Shown here piece after piece: positions 1 through 13,603 of a stretch of DNA of 64,000 bases. This DNA comes from Phoronis australis. Its lineage: Eukaryota > Animalia > Phoronida. How positions within the stretch are numbered: position 1 is the stretch's first letter; the number at the start of each line of letters is the position of its first letter. A program made the translations under genes and the position numbers. The notes under the pieces are model-generated. The model did not search any database and was not told the DNA's origin. It saw nothing but the letters and a program-made list of their open reading frames with translations. The DNA is taken from the NCBI GenBank assembly GCA_002633005.1, contig NMRA01000296.1:412399-476398 (forward strand), read 5' to 3'.

Positions 1-2728
1 AAATGAAACAATGTCATCCCAAAATTGATCAACTTAATAACAATCCCTAGACTCTATTTTGGCCTCATTTTTCCATGCATCAGACTACTGAGTTCGAAGG
101 GCACACACAGGCAGAGGATAGAGGCATTGTTAATAGTACCCTCAATTAATTATTGCAGTATGAAGATTAATTTTTCCCAGTATAAGCCATTCAGGTGGTA
201 AGGAAACAAACTGGAAAAAACCACCCCTACATGGGGACAGCATATCTGTCTGGATGAAATGCCCAATGTGAGCCTACTGAGAAAGAGAGTATCTGTTCTG
301 AAATTTAGTGAAGTTATAAGGGAGACTGGGTGTGTTCACAATGGAAGCAATTAACTTCAGGGTTTTAGAAAGTTGTAACCTAAACATGGTACATATTCAA
401 CGGATGGGATTGTACGTACACGTCTGTAGATTTAATTTCTGTTTAAAACAATTGAGCTCAGAAGGAAGAGTCACCACTCTGAAAAAAACCTAGAAACACT
501 ATTTAAAGGAACATCATAGGTTTTACAGCCGAAAAACACATTATTGGATTTATAAGACTTCTTGAAGTTATTAGCTTTCACCAGAGTTATGTAACGTCTC
601 CTCTACTTCCATTTACCTAGTTACAGATTGGACAGAAGGGCATCATCAGGCATCATGGCAAAGCATACACATGAATTAGGTCATTATTCAGCAACACAAA
701 TAGGTCACCATGGAACCACAGAGACGCAAATCAAGCACCAACAGGAAACCAAAGTCCAAGTCAATGTTCAACTATTTTTCAGAAATACCAAACATGAGTG
801 TTAAGACACTCAAATCGGTTTCAGACAATCAGAGTACTCACTATTCCTTACAAAGCACACACTTCCAAAGAATACAAACCATGAAACTCACTGCTTGTGT
901 GAAACCAACCTTGCGTTAGTTGTTACAAAATTCCGAACTGGGATTCATTGAAAAAAATCACGAAGACAATTGAAACCTTCAGCACCAAGTAATATGTCAC
1001 TCAAACTATATCGAATGGTGTTCAGTTTCAAGCCAGGTAGGATCATAACACTCACTCAATCTTAATCAATAGCAGCAGAATTAATCAATAACTTGTAATC
1101 AATTAGTTTACAAACAGTTGAGAGTAAGTGGCCAACTATTAACACCTAGAGGTGTTAAATCAATATAGTCAATACATCATGCATAATTATATGGATTGCT
1201 TAGTTTTATAATTAATGTTTCCAGTTTAATGAAATAGATTTACAAATTAGAAAACAACGAAATCTAGATTCCTTTAACCACAGCGCATATAGCTGAGGTT
1301 TTTAAAACTTTTTGCAGCAATAATAGCATCTTAAAAGGTTCCTGACCACAGTTTTTGTCCACTGAATAACGTACATCACTTTGGTTCTCAAAATCCTGTA
1401 CCCCTGTAAGTGACTAATGCCCCTTTTTGCAGGGCTAATTTTAATGACAGTTTCCACCACAGCTTCTGAGCTTGAAAGATGTGGGTAAATATGAGTCAAC
1501 CCTGCAGGACCACACCTGAACTTAACATGCCACCAGTGAGAAAAAAGACACTATGGTTTAAAGGTTAACTGACGCACATAGTGAGTAAAACAAACTATTG
1601 ATACTGTAGAATTTACCTTTAGATTCAGACTTCTAAGTTCTAACGTAGATTCTTGAAGGGTTATGAGCTGACCCCTGCCTCAAACAAAACTTAGCTATAC
1701 TGCAGGCTATGGTAAAAAAGGTCAGTGATATATCTGATGGACTAGTTCATTCAACTCTTGTTTAATTTTCATCCCTTCAATTAAACTCAGGGGAAACATA
1801 TGGTAAAATCGGTCCAATTTATTTTTAAATCTCATTAATTCAGCGCACAATATGGCTGACAAGTAAAATGTTATTTTTTCACTCAGCAGGCAAGTAAAAT
1901 TTTATTTTCTCAGTTTTTTTTCAAAAATGATAAATTGTACCAAAGTAATGCTTTACCATTCTCGATTTCTTTACTTTAGCTCACATTCAAACACTTTGAA
2001 AAACAATTGTGGGTATTCACAACAATGTTGGAATCATTTGAAAAATGAAAAAGACAAATTTTAACAATTATTTATGTCCAAAATGGGCAAGATTTTACTA
2101 TAAGTAAAGCCATGTCCCTTGGTCACAATGGAACCCACTCAGGAAAGTGCCATTATGATGTCACAAGAGCAAATGGGTAAATTTTATTTGCCAGCAGAGC
2201 CTACCAACCAAGCAGTCAAGCACCTGGGCAGTTCACCTCGCCTGCCCATAGCAAGGATTTGGGCTCGCCAGACGCCAGGTGAGAAATCAAACAATGAGTC
2301 AGATTCACCTTATCGCCTCCCAAAGAAATTCTTCACAAGTTCATATGAAGTCAAGAGGCTTGCATGCATCTGAAGCAGTTAGTAGGACCTGCTGCCTTTT
2401 GTCTAAACCTTGCCTGACTTACCGGTAAATCAATCAGTCCAAAGTGTGTATCAAAAATGAAATCTGAACAGTGTGACCAAATTCAGGTGAAATAATATGC
2501 CGATAAACTTCAGTAATCATGAACACAAAACAGGAAAATTCACTCAATACAGATACTATCTTATTGTTATGAAGCTACAGTTACTGGTGATTTTAAAAAG
2601 GAATAGCATTCGGGTGATGTGTGGAGGAATGTGGTGATACAGTTCAAAACAACAGACAGTGTAAATATGTGGATGTAGGATACGTTTGGCAGGAACATTT
2701 TGCATGAATTATAAGAGTGGTCTTCCGA

Positions 2729-2812
2729 GCTTATTACACCCATATTTGGATATACGCCCACATTCGGATAACACCCACATTTGATATACGGCCACATTCG
2801 GATATACACCAA
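2729..2812. repeat. Short tandem array (~19-20 bp unit, cacattcggatatacrcc-like), probable subterminal repeats of a degraded Tc1/pogo-type MITE
   Basis: 4-5 imperfect copies of ccacatt(c/t)ggata(t)acrcc; no intact ends seen. Confidence 0.5.
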
Positions 2813-3681
2813 CCCATGGACTTTTAAACACTCTTATTTGATTACAAGCCCACCTCCAATATTCATTCTATCGGAACTTCAAATCTCTTACGTAATGTCT
2901 TAGTGAAATCTTATCTACAATGAATTTCAGCTTAAAAACTCAAATTCAATGTTAACGAGCTCAGGTTTCATTAGATTCCTGCACATTTCCACAATAAATG
3001 CAACAACATGGGTAATAACCAGTCGTCCATCTCAATGCTTAAAATTAAGTTTTCCATTCAAGAGTTACCACTTGGTACCCAGGCCAACATTTGAGTTTAT
3101 CCCTGTGTGCGAATCCAGGTGGACACAGTAGTTCATTTAATGGGCAATCCTTGTCATTACCATTCAATTATTGCGGGCACAGATCGTTTACTTTTCCGGA
3201 CTCCCTCACTCTCTCCGAAAGTGTAAAAATGGCGATATTTCATAAGGTCTCTGCTTCTGTGTTTGTATGTGTTCAACGGCAAGTGTGCTTCGGAGTGCTG
3301 GCGTTGGTTTCTTTAGTGAGCTTTTTAAAAATAATAAAACAAATTCTTCGTGCATTTTGATTTTGCCTGGTTAGATCTTGGCGACATTTCAGCCATTGGT
3401 TATTTCACTGTTTTTTTACGATACGAAAAAGTAATTAAAAACGTTGACTTCCGTTATTTGACATTAACATTTTTATGATATCAAAAGTGCAATATGCATA
3501 CAGTTTGTAGGCTCAGGGTGAAAATGGAATAACAGAGATTGGATCTATCTTTGTCAATTGAAAAGTAACTGAGTGAGATAAGAGGTTGAGAAATATTTAG
3601 ATTGCTTCTAACTGTCCCATTTGACTGTAGTGTCAAGTTGCCTGTATTGGGCAAACATACACCAACATTCCTCACGATCAC

Positions 3682-3760
3682 CTTACCACTGCTATGCCAT
3701 GTGCCTAAAACTGGACAATACCTACCATTGCTATGCCATGTGTCTAACACTGGACAATAC
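3682..3760. repeat. 39-bp tandem duplication
   Basis: ttaccactgctatgccatgtgcctaaaactggacaatac followed by ctaccattgctatgccatgtgtctaacactggacaatac. Confidence 0.85.
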
Positions 3761-4622
3761 CGGAGCTGTGTCCGGCTTATAACCTACACTTGCCCCCTAT
3801 TTTTACCATAAATGTCACACACAAGATCGGCAGAATACTAGCAGTCATATTTTTGGGGACTACCACCATTGGGTGCCTTTCCAAGCGAACTATGGCTACA
3901 CAGCTGTGCTGGACACATGATCTGTGACTTTTATAAAAAAAGAAAACTAGCCATAGTTCACTGGCAAAAACTAAACCGGAAAAAAATCCCACTAGAATAC
4001 CCAAGACTTGGACCACATCTATAATTAATTAAATTTTATCCTTTATAGCCACTAAGCACTCTAGTGTTAGGTCAGGAAACCCATCCAGGGGGCGGAAACG
4101 AATCCAGGGCCACGCCACTAACTTCCAGTTTCAATCTCCAAGAACCAGACCTGCAAACACCAAACCAGTGTTACAGGTGCCCATTCCATATTCGGGCCCC
4201 AATAATAGGTGGTCTATAGTCCTGTCCACACACACCCTACCCTACCCATATCCGATAACTAGGGTAAGGTGGAAGTTATTGCTCTGCGTGTGACAATGAA
4301 CCCCTAATGCGAGTACGGCGTGCAAGAGAGAACCCGTCTGTATGTAACCGCAGCTTATAATTACTTCCGCCTTGCAACAGGTTTGCAATCACAGGATTTA
4401 GAACTGGCGCAAGTAACCCAAAAACAAGTTTGATAAGGTGGAGTAAATTGTTACAAGTGGGGCAAGTTGTACTTGTTTAAATTACGCAGCCCTCAAACCT
4501 AGCGACAACTCATTCCAGAAGTAACTTGTACTAGGGCAAGTCTGTGTGTGCACTTATGACAGACTATTAAAATGTCCAGGCAGACTGTCTATCAATATGG
4601 TCATGAAGACTCCTTACGGTCC

Positions 4623-5238
4623 GTGTGCCGGTTTCCAATTCAATTTCCAATTTGAAATTGAAAAATGAAACATGAAATAATAGCCAAAATTTCATGGTAC
4701 AATTTTCCATTCTCAATTGAACCATGAAATTGGGAATCGGCGTTCAATATTGTGCGAGACGTTTTTCTAATTCCAACACCGCTATGATTGGCTGACAGGC
4801 AGCTAATCAAAATGCGTCTACTATAATTTAAGGTCCGCCCATGCGTCAACCAATTAGGTCACCTGAAAAGCAAATCGTGACGTTTAGTGAACACAACACT
4901 CTGAATTTGACAATGTCAGTGCTTGACCATTGTTTACCAGTTATCCAGTAGATGATAGAAGAAAACAAAACATTTCAACCAATCAGGATAACGTTTAGAA
5001 AAGCAGCGCTGTGATTGGTTGTAAAACATCGGCGGTAAGATAACAAAATTGAAACATGGAATATTGACAGGTCAAAATTTCATTTTTCAATTTCAAATTG
5101 AAGAATAAAAATATGAAATACGGAATCAAAATTTCATTTTTCAATTTCAGACCAAAAATAGAATATTGAATTTTGAGTCAATATTCCGTGTTTCATTTTT
5201 CAATATCAAATTGAAAATGGAACTGGAGACCAGCACAC
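4623..5238. mobile_element. MITE with imperfect terminal inverted repeats
   Basis: Left end gtgtgccggtttccaattcaatttccaatttgaaattgaaaaatgaaac is the imperfect reverse complement of right end gtttcatttttcaatatcaaattgaaaatggaactggagaccagcacac; internal ttcatttttcaattt repeats; no clear TSD. Confidence 0.75.
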
Positions 5239-5529
5239 CCATTACTTATCAAAGTCTTCAGGAAGACTACTTCCCAAGATCTCTGAACTGCCAAATTACA
5301 TAACATAAGCTAAGGTATATTAGCACACCACAGCCCATCTTACCATAGACCACAGAGTCAACAACTGTTTCTCCATTCAACAGGCCCATCCCTAATTGTT
5401 CTATTGTGCAAGCTACTATGGGCCAGTTGATAATGGAACTCAATGAAGGGCAGCTATAGACCTAATTCACACCAACAGGATGCGCCTTCCAAAATGAGGT
5501 TCGCTACGATAGCTCTGTTGGCTTTTCAG

Positions 5530-5652
5530 CATAGTTGTATTCTGCATTGCTCGAACGGCTAGAAAAAATACGGACATTCAACTGTCTGTTTTACAATCCC
5601 TCAAGACATTGAGATTCGGAAGCGTTGGGTTGTTGCCATATGCCGAGAAAAT
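5530..5652 (+). pseudogene. THAP zinc-finger domain fragment (transposase N-terminus relic)
   Basis: Manual translation HSCILHCSNG*KKYGHSTVCFTIPQDIEIRKRWVVAICREN shows the THAP signature C-x3-C-S-N...F-x-x-P-x-D...R-x-x-W-x-x-A-I-x-R; one in-frame stop. Confidence 0.65.
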
Positions 5653-5813
5653 ATGTCTGTGTAAAATTTATTAATGTTTTCAAAAAGTAAGATCATATTT
5701 TGTCGCATCTGAGTTGCTGAGCATCATACCAACAACCAGAGAATCTTCGGCCAGCCAGGCTGTGTTTTCATGACTACGGTTGAAACATGATGCATTTTTC
5801 TTTCCAAAAAGGA

Positions 5814-6141
5814 CAGGACCCTCAAGCCCTCGATTTTGGGGCCGAATATCGGTCCTATTCCCTTCTCAAAAGTAATGAAAAATCATGCAAAATTCCCCCC
5901 ACGAGGCCTAAAAATTCCCCTAGAGATTGAAAATTTCTCTTTGAAATCCAAATCACCTAACCACACAGGTGACAATTTGAAAGAGCACAAAATGCTACTT
6001 GAGACAGAGCCTATGAGAACTTGCAACAGGGCTGGGGTGCTATTGGTGGTGATTGGGAGGTAGATTTTTCCCCTCACTCGGCAAAAAATTCCCCTCTTAG
6101 CAGGCACAGGCACCTTTCCCCTCGGATGAATGAGGTCCCTG
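5814..6141. mobile_element. hAT-like MITE (copy 1)
   Basis: Ends caggaccctca / tgaggtccctg (imperfect TIR starting CAGG); diverged second copy at 13362-13603; TSD not convincing. Confidence 0.6.
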
Positions 6142-6394
6142 AAGAAACATGATAACTATGCTTGCACTGTTTTAATTTTAAAATTCAACTTGATCCAGAT
6201 TGATATTTGATTCGTAACACGTGAAATAGACGTGAGATTATTAAAATGGAGAAACCAGAATTGATGGTCAAATAATTTTTATTTCCAGCCTGGTTATTTA
6301 TTTTAATAAAAAAATATATTTAATAACACCAATAATTTTTTCAGATCAATGACAAATTACCTTTTAGTTTGGGTAGTCCCTACCTCACCAGGAC

Positions 6395-7091
6395 GGCACT
6401 AGTCGGATATAATGGACCCTAATTTATTCCAAATAAATCCACTAAATGTAGGTCTAAATGAATGATTTTGGTATCGTTGCATTCCTCAGACATCTGGCTA
6501 TCTGTATAAATTCTTTTCACGGACCTCAATTATTCTAGTCTATAACTACGCCATTCCGAACTTGGTCCACTTTAACCACGCGCATCATGAAATCGGCAGC
6601 CATTTCAGGGAACATACTATATCTAGCGCCATCTATCGGCGATTTGCTACAACACAAGCTGTTCCTTTTTCATCAGTCAACATGGACGAGATAACATGAC
6701 GATGACAGATACGATCGTGAGAGAGATGACGAAGGTGATGACGAGAGCAGACGTACGATGATTAATAACGATGACGTTAATAATTGACAAAATCGACCAA
6801 TGACGTTGACTGATAAAAAAGGAACAGCGCGTGGTGTAGCAGATCGCGGATAGATGGCGCTAGGTATAGTAAGTTCCCTGAAATGGCTGCCGATTTTACA
6901 ATGCGCGTGGCTAAAGTGGACAGAGTTCGGAATAGCGTAGTTCTAGAACGAAGTAATTGAGGGTTGTAAGGTGAATATGTACGGATAGCCAGATGTCTGA
7001 GGAATGCAACGATATCAAAATCATTCATTTAGACCCACATTTAGTGGATTTATTTGGAGTAAGTTAGGGTCCATTATATCCGACTAGTGCC
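6395..7091. mobile_element. Long-TIR (foldback) MITE with 8-bp TSD and GG termini, Merlin-like
   Basis: ggcactagtcggatataatggaccct...agggtccattatatccgactagtgcc; arms complementary over ~285 bp; perfect direct repeat accaggac at 6387-6394 and 7092-7099. Superfamily inferred from GG ends plus 8-bp TSD only. Confidence 0.9.
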
Positions 7092-9764
7092 ACCAGGACC
7101 TCCTAGGCTATGCTTGATCAACAAATTAAACCAGATGTGACTAATTGCACATCACAGCAAAATGTGATGAGCCACCACTGTCGAATAATGTATCTTCAAC
7201 TCGTCAACAATACTAGCAGATGACTTGGTTCGTGTAGAAAGCATTTTTATCAACAATTCATAAGAAGAAACGCAACCTACATTTAGCATAACACCTAATC
7301 CGTAACACTGCGATCGCCGCAATTTGGTCATATTTACTTTTTATGTTTTGAACCTAGTTTTCCGAAAAAAAAAACCTATACCCTTTCGTCAGACAACTCT
7401 TTGGTGCAATGACTTGTTCTCTAATGTATTTTTCTACATCGCTGTGGATAATTGTCGACACATTTTTAAGATTTAATATCCAGGTTGGACTCGAAAGACC
7501 GGCCATTTAACTCATGCAAGATCAACTTCCACTTTGTTTATCTGCCTTGCTTTGGATTTTAATGGTCGCCGTGTGAATCAGGTCTATTGCTAGTGTCCGC
7601 AACCAGAAGGAAGATACCTTGGCAGGACTACCAAACGTCCAAACTTACCCACAACTCAAGAATTGTGTAGTTCACACTAAAACTCAGTTTTTCATTTTTA
7701 GGAGCCAATTTTCCTGTTCCATGAGATATTTCACCCCATCCCGAAATTTGGAAAGCATTTTCCCCATGTTTTAATAGTTCTAAGCATAGGGAATATTTTG
7801 GCCACTCCCAGGTCTCCACACCAAAACATGGTCCCAGTTTAAACACACTTTCTAGAAAATCGACATTATAAATTCATAAATGCTTTAAAGCCCATGTATG
7901 TTAGTAACATAGATGGGCTTTAAAGCAGATCACTTCATACACGACACAGAATTTTTGTCAAACATTAAATCTTTTTTATGAGTTGTCCATAAGGACAGGA
8001 TATGTTATAAAGACTATTAGCTTCTCTTATCTAGTGATGTGAATTTATAGAACATGATGCGAGTAATCAGACCAAATACCGCTTCCCCGTGATGACGGCT
8101 AATATTGTTAACAACAAAAATTACTGTTAATGACTAATATGGTGGCAACACTCTAATTAGTCACCTCAATAACTTTCCTGAATTCCCCTCCATTCTCAGT
8201 CATGAGGGAAGACTACACTGATACACTGATGGTGAATCAGCTTATGCCTGCCCAGCCGTCACGTCACGATGGAGGCATCAGTTTGTTTGAATACCTCTGA
8301 CAAGTACCATAAATAATGAATGCTTGAATCCTCTCAACTACCAGGTACTCATTCATGGGTAAAAAAGAAACTAATTTTCAAACAAAAAGAGATAGAACAC
8401 TAGCATTTATCAGACATGGCAGCAACGACAGCAGGACATCATCCACTTGTTCCCCTGTATATGCTAACAGTGATAAATATGATTACCCTAACAAAAGGCT
8501 AAGCTTAGTGCAATACAATGTGCACCACATAGCTATGTCACAAAAATGTTCCAAAACTTACTTCCAATGAGAAACTGGACAAACCAAATGTACAGAGAAT
8601 TGATCAAGCTTTTCCACATCTAGCAACAGTAATTGTTCACTTACTGTGTACAAAATAACAGCTAAAATTATAATGTTCATATGCTGCAAAGGCCAATACT
8701 TCACTGCAAATAATGGAAAATTTAGCAACAGTAAACCAAGCTAGAATTAGAATAAAACTCTACTAATCACCATTTTTGAGGAGAAATTTGACAAAAAAGA
8801 ATTTCACTTGTCGCATATTGTGAGCTAAATAAGTGTAGAACCAGCCTACCTGTCAGTATGTGTATCTGTGTTTGAGGGACATAAACAAAACTGACAAAAT
8901 GGAGATGGCACCACCACACCTCTAGACAACATAAATGACAACTCTATTACCCATCAACTTCCCATCTTCACACTCCACATAAGTCAACTGGGTTAGTCAC
9001 CCTGATAAACAATTAATATTCTGTCAGAGAACAGCCCTAAACATCTGCTTATCATTAAAAATCGCAAGCAGTCAAGGTCAATAGGTGCACATAAACCAAA
9101 GACCATCTCCCTCCAAGAAAATGGAACAGTGCGTTTCTTCAGGAAAAGGAAGACAAAATGCATCTAATCTACCTGGGTTTAAATGACCATCCAGTTTGGG
9201 CATGGCCACTCCCTGTAACCTGAATGTTGTTAATCAGCCTACAGACAAAGTGGCTCCTCTGAGGTTTATGGTGGCTCCAAATTGAAAAGGTGAAATGAGA
9301 CAAATTACCAAGGACAGGAAATGTCCCATTAACACCAAGGAGAAGCAGCACTGTACTGCTGGATCAATACAGGTAATGAATCATTGACAGTTTCCTTTTA
9401 AACCAGTTAAAGGTTTACACAAATCTGCATAAAACACGGAACAATGGCCACTTCCTTCCACGGTTCATTGGCATTTACCCACAGTATTTGTAGGGCCCTT
9501 GGCCAGCAGTTGTACAGAGCAGTAGTACTCATCCATATTTTAAATTAGTATTAGCCATTTATCATTCCGCTGCCAATTAAATTCTACTGATACCTAGTGA
9601 GTTGTAAAGCAGATTTTGTTTTTTGTTGAACAGCTGAGGGAGGTGCGATTAATCTTTGTCTACTCGGCAAACCTGGATGAGAAGTGTGTCAGCAGCCCTG
9701 CCTTTCCCAAACTAGGTCAACCACACAACCAACAGGGCTCAATTTGGGGATCTGTAGCTTGCCC

Positions 9765-10095
9765 ATGCGACCTCAGATTTGTTTGGCTGCCTGGTAAAAA
9801 TCCCGAGATGGTACAAAGTCACCACGCACACATCCCAGCATGCACAACAGGAAATAAACTGACAGGAATTGGAATCGTTTGGCAGAAATTGGAAAAGGCC
9901 CATATACGTGTCCTAGACGCGTAACCGATGCTGATCACCTGAGCAGCCAATGCCGGATGCCCGGATATTGGGTGTGTTACAACCCCCCCCCTTGTGGAGT
10001 TTCATCGTTTTGGTGAACGCAATTCCCATTTCTTGATCTAGGAAACTGGCCAGGTTGTATTGGACGAGTAGACATTATGTTAAGTGCTGAGATCT
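9765..10095 (+). repeat. Unclassified interspersed repeat; second, internally shorter copy at ~32171-32310
   Basis: Shared blocks atgc(g/a)acctcagattt...cctggtaaaaatccc, ttggaatc and ttatg(t/c)taagtgctgag in both copies. Confidence 0.6.
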
Positions 10096-13000
10096 TTACG
10101 CTTTTTCAAGCTCCACAAAAGAAGAGAAATGGGAAATCCATTTCTCATTCAGCCCAAGCCTTATCCCAGTCTCCAGCAGGCAGTCAGTTTTGTGCAAATC
10201 AAAAATACTGAGTTCCTGATAGTACATTAGCTTCCTCATTAGGAAAGTCATGTGAGCTGGGCATTTACTACCAGCTAACAGACAGTGAGACAAGTAATAA
10301 TAAATGTGTTGTCCTTAACCAGCAGACACAAACACAAAACAAAAAGTTAGACAATTATTAGGATACAGTAACCCTTGTTGGGAAGGTCAGCCTTTGTTAG
10401 TCGACATCATTTCTAAGACCAATCCTGAGCCAGAATAGATCGATAGGAACCATGTATGCTAAGGCACTAGTCAAATTCAACCCTTAAACACCATATTCGA
10501 TAAATTTGCAGCAATAAAAACGGAAAACACTTCCCAAATGTGGACAATCATAAGTCATCACTTTAACAAAATAAAGAAACCTAGACACAAAAATATCAAG
10601 CTCACACAAACTTAGTTCATACCACACAAGAGGCTCACTAAATCCTTGCTTTTACCATGTTTTCATATCATTTCCCAATTCTAGGTATAGTCCCCATTAA
10701 TTTTATCAATAATCAAAAAATCTCTATCGTAACAAAATTTTAGGCTATATTTCAGTAAATATTAAACTTTTTGTATCTAGAAGTTTGGAATAATAATAAT
10801 AATGATGATGATGATGATAATAATAATATCATGTTAGTCATCTTTCAGACAGCCAATAAGCCAACACTGGCTGGCAAGAGTGACTGTAACAAGAGTAACA
10901 TGTAAGAGTGTATAGCCCCATTAATAACAATCTCAGGTGTCCATTTTCAACTACCGTAGTTAAATATTCACTTGCAATGTGCACCGCATTAATTAAATAT
11001 GCGCGGTCTATAATTTTTCTGCAACAAAGACGGTTACCCCTAAGTGACGAGTGAAAAATCTCAAAGGTCGACATAAAAATTGTGAAAACAAACCTACACC
11101 ATCAGTGACTAATTTCACCCAAGCCATGAACAGGAAACTGCGTTTTATACCACCTTTACTAAAAGACATACCATTCTGCACAGAAGAGAACGAAAGGATA
11201 AATACTTAACAGTAACTGGGCTGTAACTAAATGGTAAAGAATGCTTTTTGCGAGGCTTCAAGTTTTTCCCACAAAATTCATGATCATATCTCAACACCAA
11301 TGCATCATTCAATAAAATGCAAGAATTTTTCTGATACAATCATAGATAACTTTAACATGGAAAAAAGATTATTTCTGTGTTGCTACAAATTTAATTTTAT
11401 TTTCAAACCAGAGAAAAGGATATTGGAACGACAACGCTCCATTTATTCCACAAAAGATAATTGCCAAAATTTTCATTTTTTCTAATTTTCAAGGGCTGGT
11501 TGTACTGTAAATAATGAAAATTTTACCAGATGTTTTATAACACCTATACAGAACAAAACAATAATCAATCTTTATTTTTGCCTGATAAATTTGAGGGAAT
11601 AAAATTTCACTTGTCCTCCATGTAGTATGCTAAGTAGGTGGAGAATTACAGTGCACCAATTAATTCTCAATTTTAACAGCCCTGTAATCACCTATTTTAT
11701 TGAAGCCAGATGTACAGGCCACACAAGGGAAATGGTTGCAAACTTGCAACACATAAAGGAAGGCGGCTATCATCAGAAAAGTATTCCCGGCAAATTTGTT
11801 TACTGCCACTGACCAGTAACTGACTAAACATCCCTGGAGTGTCATCCAGGATATAATTACCTCAGACCCTCACTTTTTTAGAGGACAAAACGAGGCGTTA
11901 CGATCACGGCAAAATTCTTAACAGTTAAACTGTACTCACCTAGAGACAATCATTAGAAGACTCTCAGTCCATCTACTAATTATCAGAACCACTTATCAAA
12001 AAACAAGCTCCTACAAGCAATCAGAGCCCAGAGGAGCAGATAGGTTCCCTTATCTTATCGGACCAACCAAGAGGCAGCCAGTCAGTCCACAGAAAGAGCC
12101 TGAATTTTCCCACAAGATCATACATCACACACACACACACACACCTGCCTTTACCATAGGGCTCCCAAACACACAACAACTACTAACAATAGACACAAAG
12201 AAATGTCTTGATGACCTGTTTCAACAAAAACAAGGGAATTCCAAGTCTTACCCAAACAGAACTCATACTCCTGGCTATCTCTCACATATATGGAAGGCCT
12301 GGCCTCTGCAACTCAATTCACTACAGTGCCAGTCAATTCATTCAACAACTTTGTGGATGAGTTCAAAACCGTGGTCAGTGCAAGCTACACTATGATTAGA
12401 GCATTTCTTTGTCACCTCAAAATATGAACACGACTCCAGAAAATTACTTCAGTAGTTCTATGAACAAACACCCGTTAAAAGCTATTTCGATTTTTCAATA
12501 CTAAAACGAAATTTCTGAACAATCCTAGAGTGTTTTGCACTCAGCCACCCCTTGCGAGTGGACTAGTCCAGGTTAAATATCCTCAGCTAATCCTGCTGTT
12601 TGAACTGTGATTAGTGAGGGGTGAAAGGGGAGGAGGCCCAATTATGGCTGACAAAGGCTATATTAACTGACAGTCTATGGCCCATTATATAGGGCACATG
12701 GAGCCTGAAAACATTATCACAACAGGCTGTTCACCAGTGCAGAGCTGTTCTCAGAAAAACCACACTGGTTTTTCAGGCAGGCAAATGAGGTGTTGAGAAA
12801 CCCCTGTTCTTTACAAAAGCAAGTGCACTTTCAGCCATGAGGCAACCTGAGCAATCACAGAACCAGACATTCTAAGCTCATGCAAAAAAGATGACTCTCT
12901 GAAAGCCTTTGAACTTGAAAGTGAGCAAATCATGTATACAGTTGCTATAACCCTGCAGTGCACCACAATAAACAGCTTGTGATTCAGACCATTTAGCATT

Positions 13001-13361
13001 ATGAAACTGATCTCAAATTGTTCCTTACTCAAATTCGAGGTGATTTCAGGGCTATGAGGGAGCTGACAGCTGCTCATTATTCGAGACCAGTCATGGGTTA
13101 GGAAGACACAAGAACTTTGCAAATAGACGATCATGCAAGATTTCGCGAGGTACCACCGTGTACTTGTGGCAAGTGACCAAACTAGCTTGATTCGCTCCAC
13201 ACGTTGGCTTGTCACGGTGAGTTATGTGCCTGCGGAAACCAGTTACATAGCAGCAAGTGGTGAAAATCAACATAAGTTTATAAATTTTGAAATGAACTAC
13301 AAGAACTAAACAACAATTGGAGGCTAATGATGTCAAATTTCTTAATAATACATAGCAGGCG

Positions 13362-13603
13362 AAGGGCCCTGAGTGCCTCGATTTCGGGGCAAAAGATCAG
13401 CTCTGTTCCCCTACGAAAAAATATTTTGAAATCACACAAAACTTCCCACATCAGACCCAACGATTAAAAAATCACCAGGTCCACGACTCTGTTTACACAG
13501 TCCTTCGCATCGGTGGCAACTGGGAGGATTTTCCCATCACCTGAAAAAAATTCCCGTCACATAAGGCACAGACACCTTTCCCTTCAGGTGAGAGAGGAAC
13601 CTG
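13362..13603. mobile_element. hAT-like MITE (copy 2 of the 5814 family)
   Basis: Shares cctcgattt(c/t)ggggc...aaaaaattccc...ggcacag(a/g)cacctttccc...gagg(aa/tc)cctg with 5814-6141. Confidence 0.6.

Larger units (their letters stand above)
5456..7587 (+). mobile_element. Degraded THAP-bearing DNA transposon (possibly P-element-like) hosting two nested MITEs
   Basis: atagacctaattcacac (5456) matches the reverse complement of gtgtgaatcaggtctat (ending 7587) at 16/17; THAP relic lies just inside the left end; no TSD recognisable. Confidence 0.45.

Noticed and set aside
9172-9237. 66-nt open minus-strand segment between AG and GT (LINNIQVTGSGHAQTGWSFKP)
   Set aside because: Weak donor (GTAGAT), no partner exons and no recognisable homology.
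12811-13215. 134-aa minus-strand ORF
   Set aside because: No recognisable domain, non-ATG start and no supporting splice signals.
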